DNA from: a bacterium
GTDB taxonomy: Bacteria; UBP15; UBA6099; JAJRTR01
Assembly (NCBI GenBank): GCA_024278215.1
Contig: JAJRTR010000091.1
Location: 1-42,753 of the forward strand
DNA length: 42,753 bases
Reading direction: 5' to 3'
Numbering within the stretch: position 1 is the first letter of the stretch; every line of letters starts with the position of its first letter. Below are positions 1 to 8,491 of this stretch, in pieces. The translations under genes and the position numbers were made by a program. The notes under the pieces are model-generated. The model worked only from the letters and a program-made list of their open reading frames with translations. It searched no databases and was not told the DNA's origin.

Positions 1-4
1 AGTA

Positions 5-183
5 GAGCCAATTGCAAAATTCTGATTCGGCTGCGGTCGGCTGCAATTGTCCATAGCTGCGTTGTCGGCTCAAAATCATCCTCAACGTACTCGGCGAGTA
101 CGCCTGCGGGGATTTTGCACCTCCGCCTTGCTTCTGAACAATTTCGCTCGACCTCGCTACGAACATAATTTTGCAACTGGCTC
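5..183. mobile_element. MITE-like element A (17-bp terminal inverted repeats, internal nested hairpin)
   Basis: The left end GAGCCAATTGCAAAATT matches the reverse complement of the right end AATTTTGCAACTGGCTC at 16/17. It is preceded by TA, has an internal CGTACTC-ggc-GAGTACG hairpin, and has a second copy at 39102-39261. Confidence 0.75.
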
Positions 184-447
184 AGTAACTGAACTGTAAA
201 TATCTTAAAGAGTTGATGAAGAATCACAACAATTTCGAAAAAAACGATATTGTCAGCATGACACAAACAGGCCTTCCAATCGGCCTGCCGTCATCTTAAA
301 TCATCATTGTATCCAGGAATCAACTATTCTTATCCATGCAACAACTGGATATTTATAGTACTATAAAACAGATAGCAACTAGCTATGACGTGTATGCTGA
401 ACAACACCATACCTTTATTGTTTTTCTGCTTCCGCGATTATTTTTTT

Positions 448-693
448 TCAGACCAGGCAATCCAGCACAGCACCTCTTCCGAGCGGGTCTTTGGATTCCT
501 GCTGCCTTTCTTCGTTATCGGTCTCCTGGACCATAGCCAACCTTCTTAGTTCTCCAAAGTAAGGACCCGGTGTCTGCTGTCCTGCATTTTTGTCGGAATC
601 CGAAGATTCCAGTACTTCCTGTTTCCTGCCGACAGACTGATAGCTGGGCAGGTTCGCGGAAATTGCATAGCTGTCTGATGCTAAGGCGATCAT
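448..693 (-). CDS. small hypothetical protein (81 aa)
   Basis: GGAGGGG RBS upstream of ATG; divergent from sat; hydrophilic, with a C-terminal G-x3-LD-x2-V tail. Confidence 0.5.
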   Translation of the reverse strand: MIALASDSYAISANLPSYQSVGRKQEVLESSDSDKNAGQQTPGPYFGELRRLAMVQETDNEERQQESKDPLGRGAVLDCLV

Positions 694-1182
694 GATGACA
701 ATCCCCTCCCTGTGGTGATTGACAGATTTTGCGTTCCATCTATAGTTGTATTATTGGCCGATGGATACGCATATCGAATGCAGCCAATTAAATCCTTTAA
801 TTGACATGGCTTATTGCCAAATGCAAAAATCGCACTCGATTGTGAGTATTGGATATAAATTGTGGTTTAAGGTTTTCGCTTCCGCTTTCCGGATGGCCAT
901 TCCGTCTGCGTTAAGAAGCTCAACTTAAAGATATTTTAAACGATTAACGAGAAGTTGTAAACCCCTCCCTTCAAAAAAATATGCTGTTTTGAAGGTTACA
1001 GTCCTTATTGAGCCCCCGATGTGATTTATTTAAAACCGGAACAAAATAGATTATCACCGGTCAAATATCAATGTGTCATTCAATGGAATGGAAAAATGCG
1101 AGAACCTGACGACAGACAATATACTACTCCATTAGCAAAACGACCTGATAACAGGTTTGTTATAAAAATTATTATTTGGGGC

Positions 1183-1211
1183 TTGATTTTAATAATTCGT
1201 TTGTATATAAT
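1183..1211 (+). promoter_or_regulatory. sigma70-type promoter candidate P1 upstream of sat
   Basis: TTGATT-17 nt-TATAAT. Confidence 0.5.
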
Positions 1212-1297
1212 CGTTACAGTTCAATGGGCTATGTATATAACAAGACAAGTTATGCAGCGGTCGGGAGATGTCGCTATAGGTGAGTAAACAAGTGTGC

Positions 1298-1327
1298 TTG
1301 ACAAATGCATAAAATGTGTGATATAAA
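1298..1327 (+). promoter_or_regulatory. sigma70-type promoter candidate P2 upstream of sat
   Basis: TTGACA-18 nt-TATAAA with TG extended -10. Confidence 0.5.
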
Positions 1328-1527
1328 ATCCGTCGCGGCACCGAATATCAGGATATATTGATAATATACTAAATTATTAAGTAATACGGGGGGAGTGATA
1401 GCATATAAAAGTACAAGATTATATCACTCTGGCAACACATATTACAAACGAACGAACAGACAAACACGCTGAAACAGCGTGTGTTTTGCGTATAAAAAAT
1501 AATTTATGAGATGAGAGGAGCAATGAT

Positions 1528-2763
1528 ATGGCACTGGTACCTCCGCATGGAAAAGACAAAGAACTGAAACCTCTGCTTCTGGAGGGCTCTGCGCTTGCAG
1601 ATGAAAAGAAGAAGGCAGAAGGTCTTAAGAAAATCCCGATGAGTTCGATGGAAGTATGCGACTGTGTAATGCTGGGAATAGGAGCATTCACGCCGCTTCC
1701 GGGATTCATGGGTAAAGCAGACTGGCAGGGTGTGTGTGACGACATGAAACTGGCCGATGGCACATTCTGGCCGATACCCGTAACGCTCAGCGCCACGAAG
1801 GAACTCGCCGACAGCATCGGTGCCGGCGAGGAAGTCGCTCTGGTTGATCCCGAACACGGCGATGAGATCATAGCGACGATGAAGGTTGAAGAAAAATATG
1901 AAATCGACAAGGTCCACCAGTGCAAACAGGTCTACACGACCGACGACAAGGAGCACCCCGGCGTGGCCAAGGTCCTGGCGCAACCCCCGGTGAACCTGGC
2001 AGGGCCGGTCAAAGTTCTTTCCGAGAGCATATTCCCCGAGGAGTTCAAGGGGACATACATGACACCGGCGGAAAGCCGCAAGATATTCAATGAGCTGGGC
2101 TGGAGCAGAATTGCAGCGTTCCAGACAAGGAACCCCATGCACCGCTCGCATGAATATCTCGCGAAAATCGCGATCGAAGTATGCGACGGCGTATATGTAC
2201 ATCAGATTCTCGGCAAACTTAAAGCCGGCGACATTCCCGCGGAAGTCCGCTCAGACTGCATCAATACACTCGTGGACAAATACTTCGTGAAAGACACAGT
2301 AGTGGTAGGCGGATACCCGATGGAGATGCGCTATGCGGGCCCGCGCGAAGCGCTGTTCCATGCGCTTTTCCGCCAGAACTACGGATGCAGCCACCTGATC
2401 GTCGGTCGCGACCACGCCGGTGTGGGCGACTATTACGGCCCGTTCGACGCGCAGACGATTTTCACAAAGATACCCGAAGGCTCTCTCGTGACGCGCAACC
2501 TGAACATCGACTGGACATTCTGGTGCAACGCCTGCAACGGCATGGCATCGATGAAGACATGCCCGCATGGAAAAGAAGACCGGGTACTGCTCAGCGGCAC
2601 AATCGTGCGCAAGACACTCAGCGAAGGCGGCGACCTGAATCCGAACTTCAGCCGGCCCGAAGTGCTTGAGATACTAAAGAAGTACTATGCAAGCCTTGCG
2701 GACGACGAAAAAGTGGATATTAAACTTCACGGTGCCGCGACAGGCGATTCCGGAAAGAAATAA
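1528..2763 (+). CDS. sat: sulfate adenylyltransferase (dissimilatory type)
   Basis: [12 protein letters not shown] and GRDHAG motifs; Zn-site C/H cluster near the C-terminus; GAGGAG RBS; adjacent to aprBA. Confidence 0.97.
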   Translation: MALVPPHGKDKELKPLLLEGSALADEKKKAEGLKKIPMSSMEVCDCVMLGIGAFTPLPGFMGKADWQGVCDDMKLADGTFWPIPVTLSATKELADSIGAGEEVALVDPEHGDEIIATMKVEEKYEIDKVHQCKQVYTTDDKEHPGVAKVLAQPPVNLAGPVKVLSESIFPEEFKGTYMTPAESRKIFNELGWSRIAAFQTRNPMHRSHEYLAKIAIEVCDGVYVHQILGKLKAGDIPAEVRSDCINTLVDKYFVKDTVVVGGYPMEMRYAGPREALFHALFRQNYGCSHLIVGRDHAGVGDYYGPFDAQTIFTKIPEGSLVTRNLNIDWTFWCNACNGMASMKTCPHGKEDRVLLSGTIVRKTLSEGGDLNPNFSRPEVLEILKKYYASLADDEKVDIKLHGAATGDSGKK

Positions 2764-2774
2764 ATAAAAGCAAG

Positions 2775-2804
2775 AACGGACGCGGCGAAGGCCGTGTCCG
2801 TTTT
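2775..2804 (+). terminator. intrinsic terminator-like hairpin after sat
   Basis: AACGGACGCGGC-gaag-GCCGTGTCCGTT followed by T-rich sequence. Confidence 0.65.
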
Positions 2805-3094
2805 ACTATTTTTCAAACGCGGTCGGGCCGACTGCCCAGAAGCGAGCGGCCGGTCGTACAGGAACGACAGGAGTTAGCGAGACAAGGCTCCCGGACAACG
2901 ACCAGAAATTTAATAAAAAAAACGAGTCCGCAACAATAGAGAGTTGACGGGCCGAAGGGGGGTGAGTAGTCGAATCCGAACGAACTGTCCGCCGAAATGC
3001 AGGCGGCAGGACGTGAAAGAAACACTCAAGGGGCGATTAAAATCCAGTTAGCGCCCCGAAAAAATCCAGTACTGGCAAAGAAGGAGAGGTAAGA

Positions 3095-3532
3095 ATGCCA
3101 AGTTATGTAAACCCGGAAAAATGTGATGGTTGCAAGGCATTGGACAAGACGGCATGCCAGTATATCTGCCCGAATGACCTCATGGTTCTTAACAAAGATA
3201 TTATGAAGGCCTACAATCGCGATCCCTCGATGTGCTGGGAATGTTACAACTGTGTCAAGATATGCCCGACACAGGCGATTGAAGTTCGTGGATATGCCGA
3301 CTTCTGCCCGATGGGCGCAACATGCACACCGCTGAGGAGCACAGACTCCATCATGTGGACAGTAAAATTCCGCAATGGAATGATGAAAAGATTCAAATTC
3401 CCCATCCGCACAACACCTGAAGGATCGGCAGTGCCGGACGGCGGTTTCGAGACAGGGTCCGATGATCTTCACGATCCCGTACTCTTCACAGAACCCGCAT
3501 CCACGGGAATGGACGCAGTATATACAAAGTAA
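3095..3532 (+). CDS. aprB: adenylyl-sulfate reductase beta subunit
   Basis: CDGCKALDKTACQYICP and CWECYNCVKICP 2x[4Fe-4S] motifs; KRFKFPIRTTPEGS. Confidence 0.97.
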   Translation: MPSYVNPEKCDGCKALDKTACQYICPNDLMVLNKDIMKAYNRDPSMCWECYNCVKICPTQAIEVRGYADFCPMGATCTPLRSTDSIMWTVKFRNGMMKRFKFPIRTTPEGSAVPDGGFETGSDDLHDPVLFTEPASTGMDAVYTK

Positions 3533-3605
3533 TCTTGCAGGTTGATACAGCGCCGGTGTAATAATTTACCGGCGAGTCAGTTAAATTTAGAGGAGGATTG
3601 AAACA

Positions 3606-5483
3606 ATGCCAGCAGAATTTGAGAACGTTGTAGTCGAAACAGACGTTCTAATCCTCGGTGGTGGAATGTCAGCCTGTGGCGCAGCTATTGAAGCTGCATA
3701 TTGGGCGAAGAAGAACAACGTCAAAGTCGCAGTTGTTGACAAAGCTGCAATGGATCGCAGCGGCGCCGTCGCAATGGGCCTCAGTGCTATCAATCAGTAC
3801 ATTGGCCTCAAAGACGGACAGAATTCGATTGAGGATTATGTAAATTACGTTAAACAAGACCTCATGGGCATCGCCCGTGACGACCTCGTGGCCAGCATAG
3901 CCCGCCACGTTGACTCATCAGTACATCTGTTTGAAAAATGGGGCCTCCCCATCTGGAAAGATGCGGACGGCAAATACGTGCATGAGGGCCGCTGGCAGCT
4001 CATGATCAACGGCGAAAGCTACAAAGTTATCGTCGCTGAAGCAGCCAAGAACGCTCTCGGCACAGACAACATCTACGAACGCGTATTCATTGTTGATCCC
4101 ATCATGGACGGCGACAGGGTTGCCGGCGCAGTGGGATTCAGCACCCGCGAAAATAAATTCTACACCTTCAAAGCGAAAGCCGTTATCTGCGGAATGGGCG
4201 GAGCAGTACACATCTTCAAACCCAGGTCCACAGGTGAAGGTCTCGGTCGCGCGTGGTATCCGCCCTGGAACTCCGGCTCCAGCACATACTTCACGCTCAT
4301 GGCCGGCGCGGAACAGACATGCCAGGAAGTCCGATTCATTCCGGTCCGTTTCAAAGATGCTTACGGCCCGGTCGGTGCCTGGTTCCTCCTGTTCAAATCG
4401 CGCGCTTGCAATGCATTCGGCGGCGAATACATGGTCGAACGCAAAGACGAACTCGCAAACTGGGGTCCCTACGGTTCTGCAAAACCGATCCCGGCAAACC
4501 TGCGTAACTATCTCGGAATGCTCGATGTAATGGAAGGCAAAGGCCCGATCTACATGAGGACTGAAGAAGCCATCCAGAAGATCGCCAACGCCGAAACAGA
4601 CGACAAGAAGAGAAAGAAAAAACTCAAAGAGCTCGAAGCTGAAGCATGGGAAGACTTCCTTGACATGACGATCTCGCAGGCGCTCCTGTGGGCCAGCACC
4701 AATGTCGCCCCGGAAGAAAAACCCTCCGAAATCGCAGCGGCAGAACCCTACTTCATCGGCTCCCACTCCGGTGCGTCCGGCTGCTGGGTATCAGGTCCCA
4801 AAGACCTCGCGCCCGATGAATATTTCTTTGGCTATACGAACATGACTACCGTCAAAGGCCTGTTCGCCATGGGCGACGCCTCCGGCGCATCCAGTCATAA
4901 ATTCTCTTCCGGCTCACTCACAGAAGGCCGCATCGCCGCCAAGGCCGCTGTAGCCTTTGTTGTTGACAACCCGGAACAGCCTAATGTCGATGATGCGAAA
5001 GTCGCGGAACTCAGGGAGAAAATCCTCAAACCACTCGTGCTCTTCGAAGAAAACTCTGGAAAGACAACCGACCCGGACACCAACCCGAATTACATCAGAC
5101 CCAAAATGTTCATGTTCCGTCTCCAGAAGATCATGGACGAATACTGTGGTGGAGTTACATCGCAGTTCATCACCTCGAAACCCATGCTGGAAAAAGGCCA
5201 GGAACTTCTGGACTTCCTTCAGGAAGATTCAGACAAACTCGGTGCCGAAAATCTGCATGAACTCATGAGGTGCTGGGAAAACGTACAGAGGCTCTTCCAG
5301 GCTGAAGTACACCTTCGCACGGTTATGTTCCGCGAAGAAACACGCTGGCCCGGTTACTACATGAGGTCCGACTTCATGGCCATCGACGAAGACAACTGGA
5401 AGTGTTTTGTCAACGCCAAGTATGATGCAGCCAGCAAAGAATGGGAAATGAAAAAAGTTCCGATTCTGTCAAAATTTGAGTGA
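3606..5483 (+). CDS. aprA: adenylyl-sulfate reductase alpha subunit
   Basis: GGGMSACG FAD motif, RSGAVAMGLSAIN, WQLMINGESYK, HKFSSGS, FREETRWPGYY. Confidence 0.97.
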   Translation: MPAEFENVVVETDVLILGGGMSACGAAIEAAYWAKKNNVKVAVVDKAAMDRSGAVAMGLSAINQYIGLKDGQNSIEDYVNYVKQDLMGIARDDLVASIARHVDSSVHLFEKWGLPIWKDADGKYVHEGRWQLMINGESYKVIVAEAAKNALGTDNIYERVFIVDPIMDGDRVAGAVGFSTRENKFYTFKAKAVICGMGGAVHIFKPRSTGEGLGRAWYPPWNSGSSTYFTLMAGAEQTCQEVRFIPVRFKDAYGPVGAWFLLFKSRACNAFGGEYMVERKDELANWGPYGSAKPIPANLRNYLGMLDVMEGKGPIYMRTEEAIQKIANAETDDKKRKKKLKELEAEAWEDFLDMTISQALLWASTNVAPEEKPSEIAAAEPYFIGSHSGASGCWVSGPKDLAPDEYFFGYTNMTTVKGLFAMGDASGASSHKFSSGSLTEGRIAAKAAVAFVVDNPEQPNVDDAKVAELREKILKPLVLFEENSGKTTDPDTNPNYIRPKMFMFRLQKIMDEYCGGVTSQFITSKPMLEKGQELLDFLQEDSDKLGAENLHELMRCWENVQRLFQAEVHLRTVMFREETRWPGYYMRSDFMAIDEDNWKCFVNAKYDAASKEWEMKKVPILSKFE

Positions 5484-5508
5484 TAATCAGAACTGTTTTT
5501 AACAATCT

Positions 5509-5550
5509 GTTATTCCGGGCGGCCTCGAGCCGCCCGGATAACTTATTTTC
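5509..5550 (+). terminator. intrinsic terminator-like hairpin after aprA
   Basis: TCCGGGCGGC-ctcga-GCCGCCCGGA, then TAACTTATTTTC. Confidence 0.65.
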
Positions 5551-5825
5551 CTCACGCTCTATCACGGCTGGTCCCTCGATATAAACATGACGGATATTGT
5601 CAGGCTGAGGATAGAGCACAGAAAATGAACTGCCCCGTAGCAAGCGACCGGCAGGTAATTTATAACAATAAAAGACGGTATATGCAGGGAATGGAGATTT
5701 GGGATTTTAATAAAGAACGAAAGATTCGGTGAAACCCCAGTTCCCCGAGTCCTGCCGGCGGCGGCAAACCGACAAGTTGCTACCGTCTGAATATTTGCCG
5801 GCTATCGGCGAATGGAGGAAGTTGT

Positions 5826-6122
5826 ATGCAGGAACCAGAAAAATTTGACATGGAAAAGACGATCTGCCCACATTGCGGCAGCAGGATGCTCAAGTGGAGA
5901 GTGCCTCCCGATTCCACATGGGGCGTGCCCTACCAGTACGTTTGCTTTAACGACGAATGCGAATATTTTATTAAGCACTGGAAATACATGCTCGAAAATT
6001 ATCGACAGAGAGCATCTTTCAGGCACAGGTACAACCCCTTCAACGGTGAGACCGGCCCACTGCCCGTCTGGTCGTTCAGCGCGATGAAAAGCAGCATAAT
6101 AAAAGATGAAGAATCCGCCTGA
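5826..6122 (+). CDS. zinc-ribbon domain protein
   Basis: CPHCG...CFNDEC Cys pairs; GGAGG RBS. Confidence 0.8.
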   Translation: MQEPEKFDMEKTICPHCGSRMLKWRVPPDSTWGVPYQYVCFNDECEYFIKHWKYMLENYRQRASFRHRYNPFNGETGPLPVWSFSAMKSSIIKDEESA

Positions 6123-6165
6123 CACAATTGGGTTGCGACCGGCATAATTTTAGTTTGGAGCCATA

Positions 6166-7017
6166 ATGAGCAGCGATAACAATACAGATACAGCCGATAT
6201 GCAGGATGTTGATGATTTCAGGCAACATATTCTGGATGAGTATGAAAGATTGAATCTCGACAGCAAATTCAAGTTCAATTGCGGCAATGAAATGAAATGT
6301 TTTACGAAATGTTGCGGCGACATCAATATTTTCCTTACGCCTTATGACATCATCCGCCTCAAGAACAGGCTCGGAATGGCTTCGCAGGATTTCATCGAGA
6401 AGTACACATTAAATCCATTCACTAAAACACAGAGACTGCCGTCGGCTCTTTTAAAACTTGACGAAGATAAACGATGCCCGTTTGTAACGGACGAAGGTTG
6501 TTCGGTGTATGAGGACAGACCATGGGCCTGCCGCATGTATCCTATCGGGCTGGCTTCGCCCAGCGATGAAAGCATGGAGTCCGGAGCTGAAGAGGAATTT
6601 TATTTCATGATGGCTGAAGACCATTGTCTGGGTGTGAAAGAGTGTGATCGTGAACTGACCATCAGGGAATGGATCGAGGACCAGGGGATAGCTCCCTACA
6701 ATGAGATGGGCGAATATTTCAAGAGTGTAAGTATGCACAAGCTGTTGCACGAGATCGAGCTTACGCCGCAGAAGATGGAAATGTACTATATGGTCTGCTA
6801 CAACATCGACGCTTTCAAGAAGTTTGTTTTCGAGAGCCGTTTCACAGATGTTTATGAGATCGAACAGGAAACACTCGACATAATTAAGGAAGACGATGTC
6901 GAGCTTTTTAAGTTCGGTGTAGATTACCTGCTGTTCGGACTTTATAACGAGCCGACGATAAAAGTAAAATCGGAAGTCCTCAAGGCGAAAAGGAAAGCAA
7001 TGAGGCTGGACGACTAG
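6166..7017 (+). CDS. YkgJ-family (CxxCxxCC-like) cysteine-cluster protein
   Basis: FNC-x5-CFTKCC, CPF-x4-GCSVYEDRPWACRMYP, HCLG motifs. Confidence 0.88.
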   Translation: MSSDNNTDTADMQDVDDFRQHILDEYERLNLDSKFKFNCGNEMKCFTKCCGDINIFLTPYDIIRLKNRLGMASQDFIEKYTLNPFTKTQRLPSALLKLDEDKRCPFVTDEGCSVYEDRPWACRMYPIGLASPSDESMESGAEEEFYFMMAEDHCLGVKECDRELTIREWIEDQGIAPYNEMGEYFKSVSMHKLLHEIELTPQKMEMYYMVCYNIDAFKKFVFESRFTDVYEIEQETLDIIKEDDVELFKFGVDYLLFGLYNEPTIKVKSEVLKAKRKAMRLDD

Positions 7018-7237
7018 GCGAGGGGCTTTCGACTCGAGTTGTTTTAAGATGATTTTTGAGCCATAGCGGTTTTGTATAAATAACGGGAAAACTTGCGACG
7101 GTCGAGGATAGCGCAAGAGACCTGATGCAGAAACCCGGTGAAGTCGCGATAAATCTACCGGGCCGTTTCCGGCCATGCAAACACTGCTGTGAATCAAAAT
7201 AGAAAAGTTACAAAAATCTTGCATTGGTGGAGATGTC

Positions 7238-8488
7238 ATGAGTGAACCGAAAAGCATTCTGGTCATCGGCGGCGGGATTTCAGGGATGACGGCGGCCCTG
7301 GAAGCTGCCGAGGCGGGAAAAAGTGTGGCGCTGATAGAGAAAAGCCCGTATATTGGGGGACGGGTAGCGCGAATCAATCAGTACTTCCCCAAATTCTGTC
7401 CTCCTGTGTGCGGGATGGAGATCAATCTCAAAAGGATCAAGAGCAACCCGAACATCACGATTTACACACTCGCCGAAGTGGACAGTATTTCCGGCAGCGC
7501 CGGGAACTACGATGTCAGCGTGACCGTCAATCCACGGTATGTCAACAGCAAATGCACCCTCTGCGGAAAGTGCTCTGAAGTATGTACTGCGGAAATAGAC
7601 GACGATTTCAACCTCGGCATGTGTAAGACAAAAGCGGCATACCTGCCCCACAAAATGGCGTATCCGAGACTTTATGTCCTCGACCCGAGCATCATCGGGA
7701 CAGACGATGCGCAGAAGTGTAAGGAGGCCTGCAAGTATGATGCTGTCGACCTGGATATGAAGCCCGAAAAAGTCACAATCAACGCCGCCGCGATTATAGT
7801 AGCGACAGGCTGGCAACCTTTCGATGCCTCGAAAGTCGATTATTACAACTTCGATAAAAACGACAACATTATCACGAATGTGATGATGGAACGTCTGAAC
7901 GCTGAAGACGGACCGACACAGGGAAAAATCCTGCGCCCATCGGACGGCAAGGAACCGGCAAGTGTGGCTTTCGTGCAGTGCGCGGGCTCCCGCGACGAGA
8001 ACTACCAGGGCTATTGCTCGGGTGTCTGCTGCGCGGCGACTATCAAGCAGATTCATTATGTCAGGGAGCAATATCCCGATGCGGAGATAACGGTGTTTTA
8101 CATTGATATCCGCACACCCGGACGCCTCGAAGACTTGTATCTCAAGGCTCAGGAAGACGAAAAAGTCACCTTCCAGAAGGGCAAGGCGGTCAATATCGAC
8201 GGCACATCCAACGGCAACCTGCTGATCGAGGCGGAAGATACTCTCACGGGTGTCAAAAGCAAGAAAGAAGTCGAAATGGTTGTGCTTGCGACTGGAATGG
8301 TCCCGAATCTTGCCGAAACCGGATTGCCCGGAGGCGGCGCGACATTCGACAAATACGGTTTTATCGTACCCGACGGCGAAGGAATCTACGGGGCCGGTGT
8401 GGCGAAGAGACCCGTAGATGTGGCGGTATGCACGAAGGACTCGACGGGCACCGCTCTAAAAGCAATTCAATGTCTGGTGAGGGGGTGA
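7238..8488 (+). CDS. qmoA: QmoA, HdrA-like flavoprotein
   Basis: GGGISG FAD motif, FPKFCPPVCG, ferredoxin insert, QCAGSRD...CSGVCC; context between apr and qmoB. Confidence 0.93.
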   Translation: MSEPKSILVIGGGISGMTAALEAAEAGKSVALIEKSPYIGGRVARINQYFPKFCPPVCGMEINLKRIKSNPNITIYTLAEVDSISGSAGNYDVSVTVNPRYVNSKCTLCGKCSEVCTAEIDDDFNLGMCKTKAAYLPHKMAYPRLYVLDPSIIGTDDAQKCKEACKYDAVDLDMKPEKVTINAAAIIVATGWQPFDASKVDYYNFDKNDNIITNVMMERLNAEDGPTQGKILRPSDGKEPASVAFVQCAGSRDENYQGYCSGVCCAATIKQIHYVREQYPDAEITVFYIDIRTPGRLEDLYLKAQEDEKVTFQKGKAVNIDGTSNGNLLIEAEDTLTGVKSKKEVEMVVLATGMVPNLAETGLPGGGATFDKYGFIVPDGEGIYGAGVAKRPVDVAVCTKDSTGTALKAIQCLVRG

Positions 8489-8491
8489 ACC

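Noticed and set aside
1019-1036. Rex operator upstream of sat (ATGTGATTTATTTAAAAC)
   Set aside because: Only the left half resembles TTGTGAA-n4-TTCACAA; likely by chance in AT-rich DNA.
746-1287. ORFs 746-928 and 1021-1287
   Set aside because: Alternative starts, no RBS, overlapping promoter-like AT-rich sequence.
5680-5790. Cobalamin or c-di-GMP-I riboswitch (GGGAA, GGTGAAA, GGCAAACC words)
   Set aside because: The remaining conserved cores (GCCACTG/GGGAAG B12 box; GACGCAAAG) are absent.
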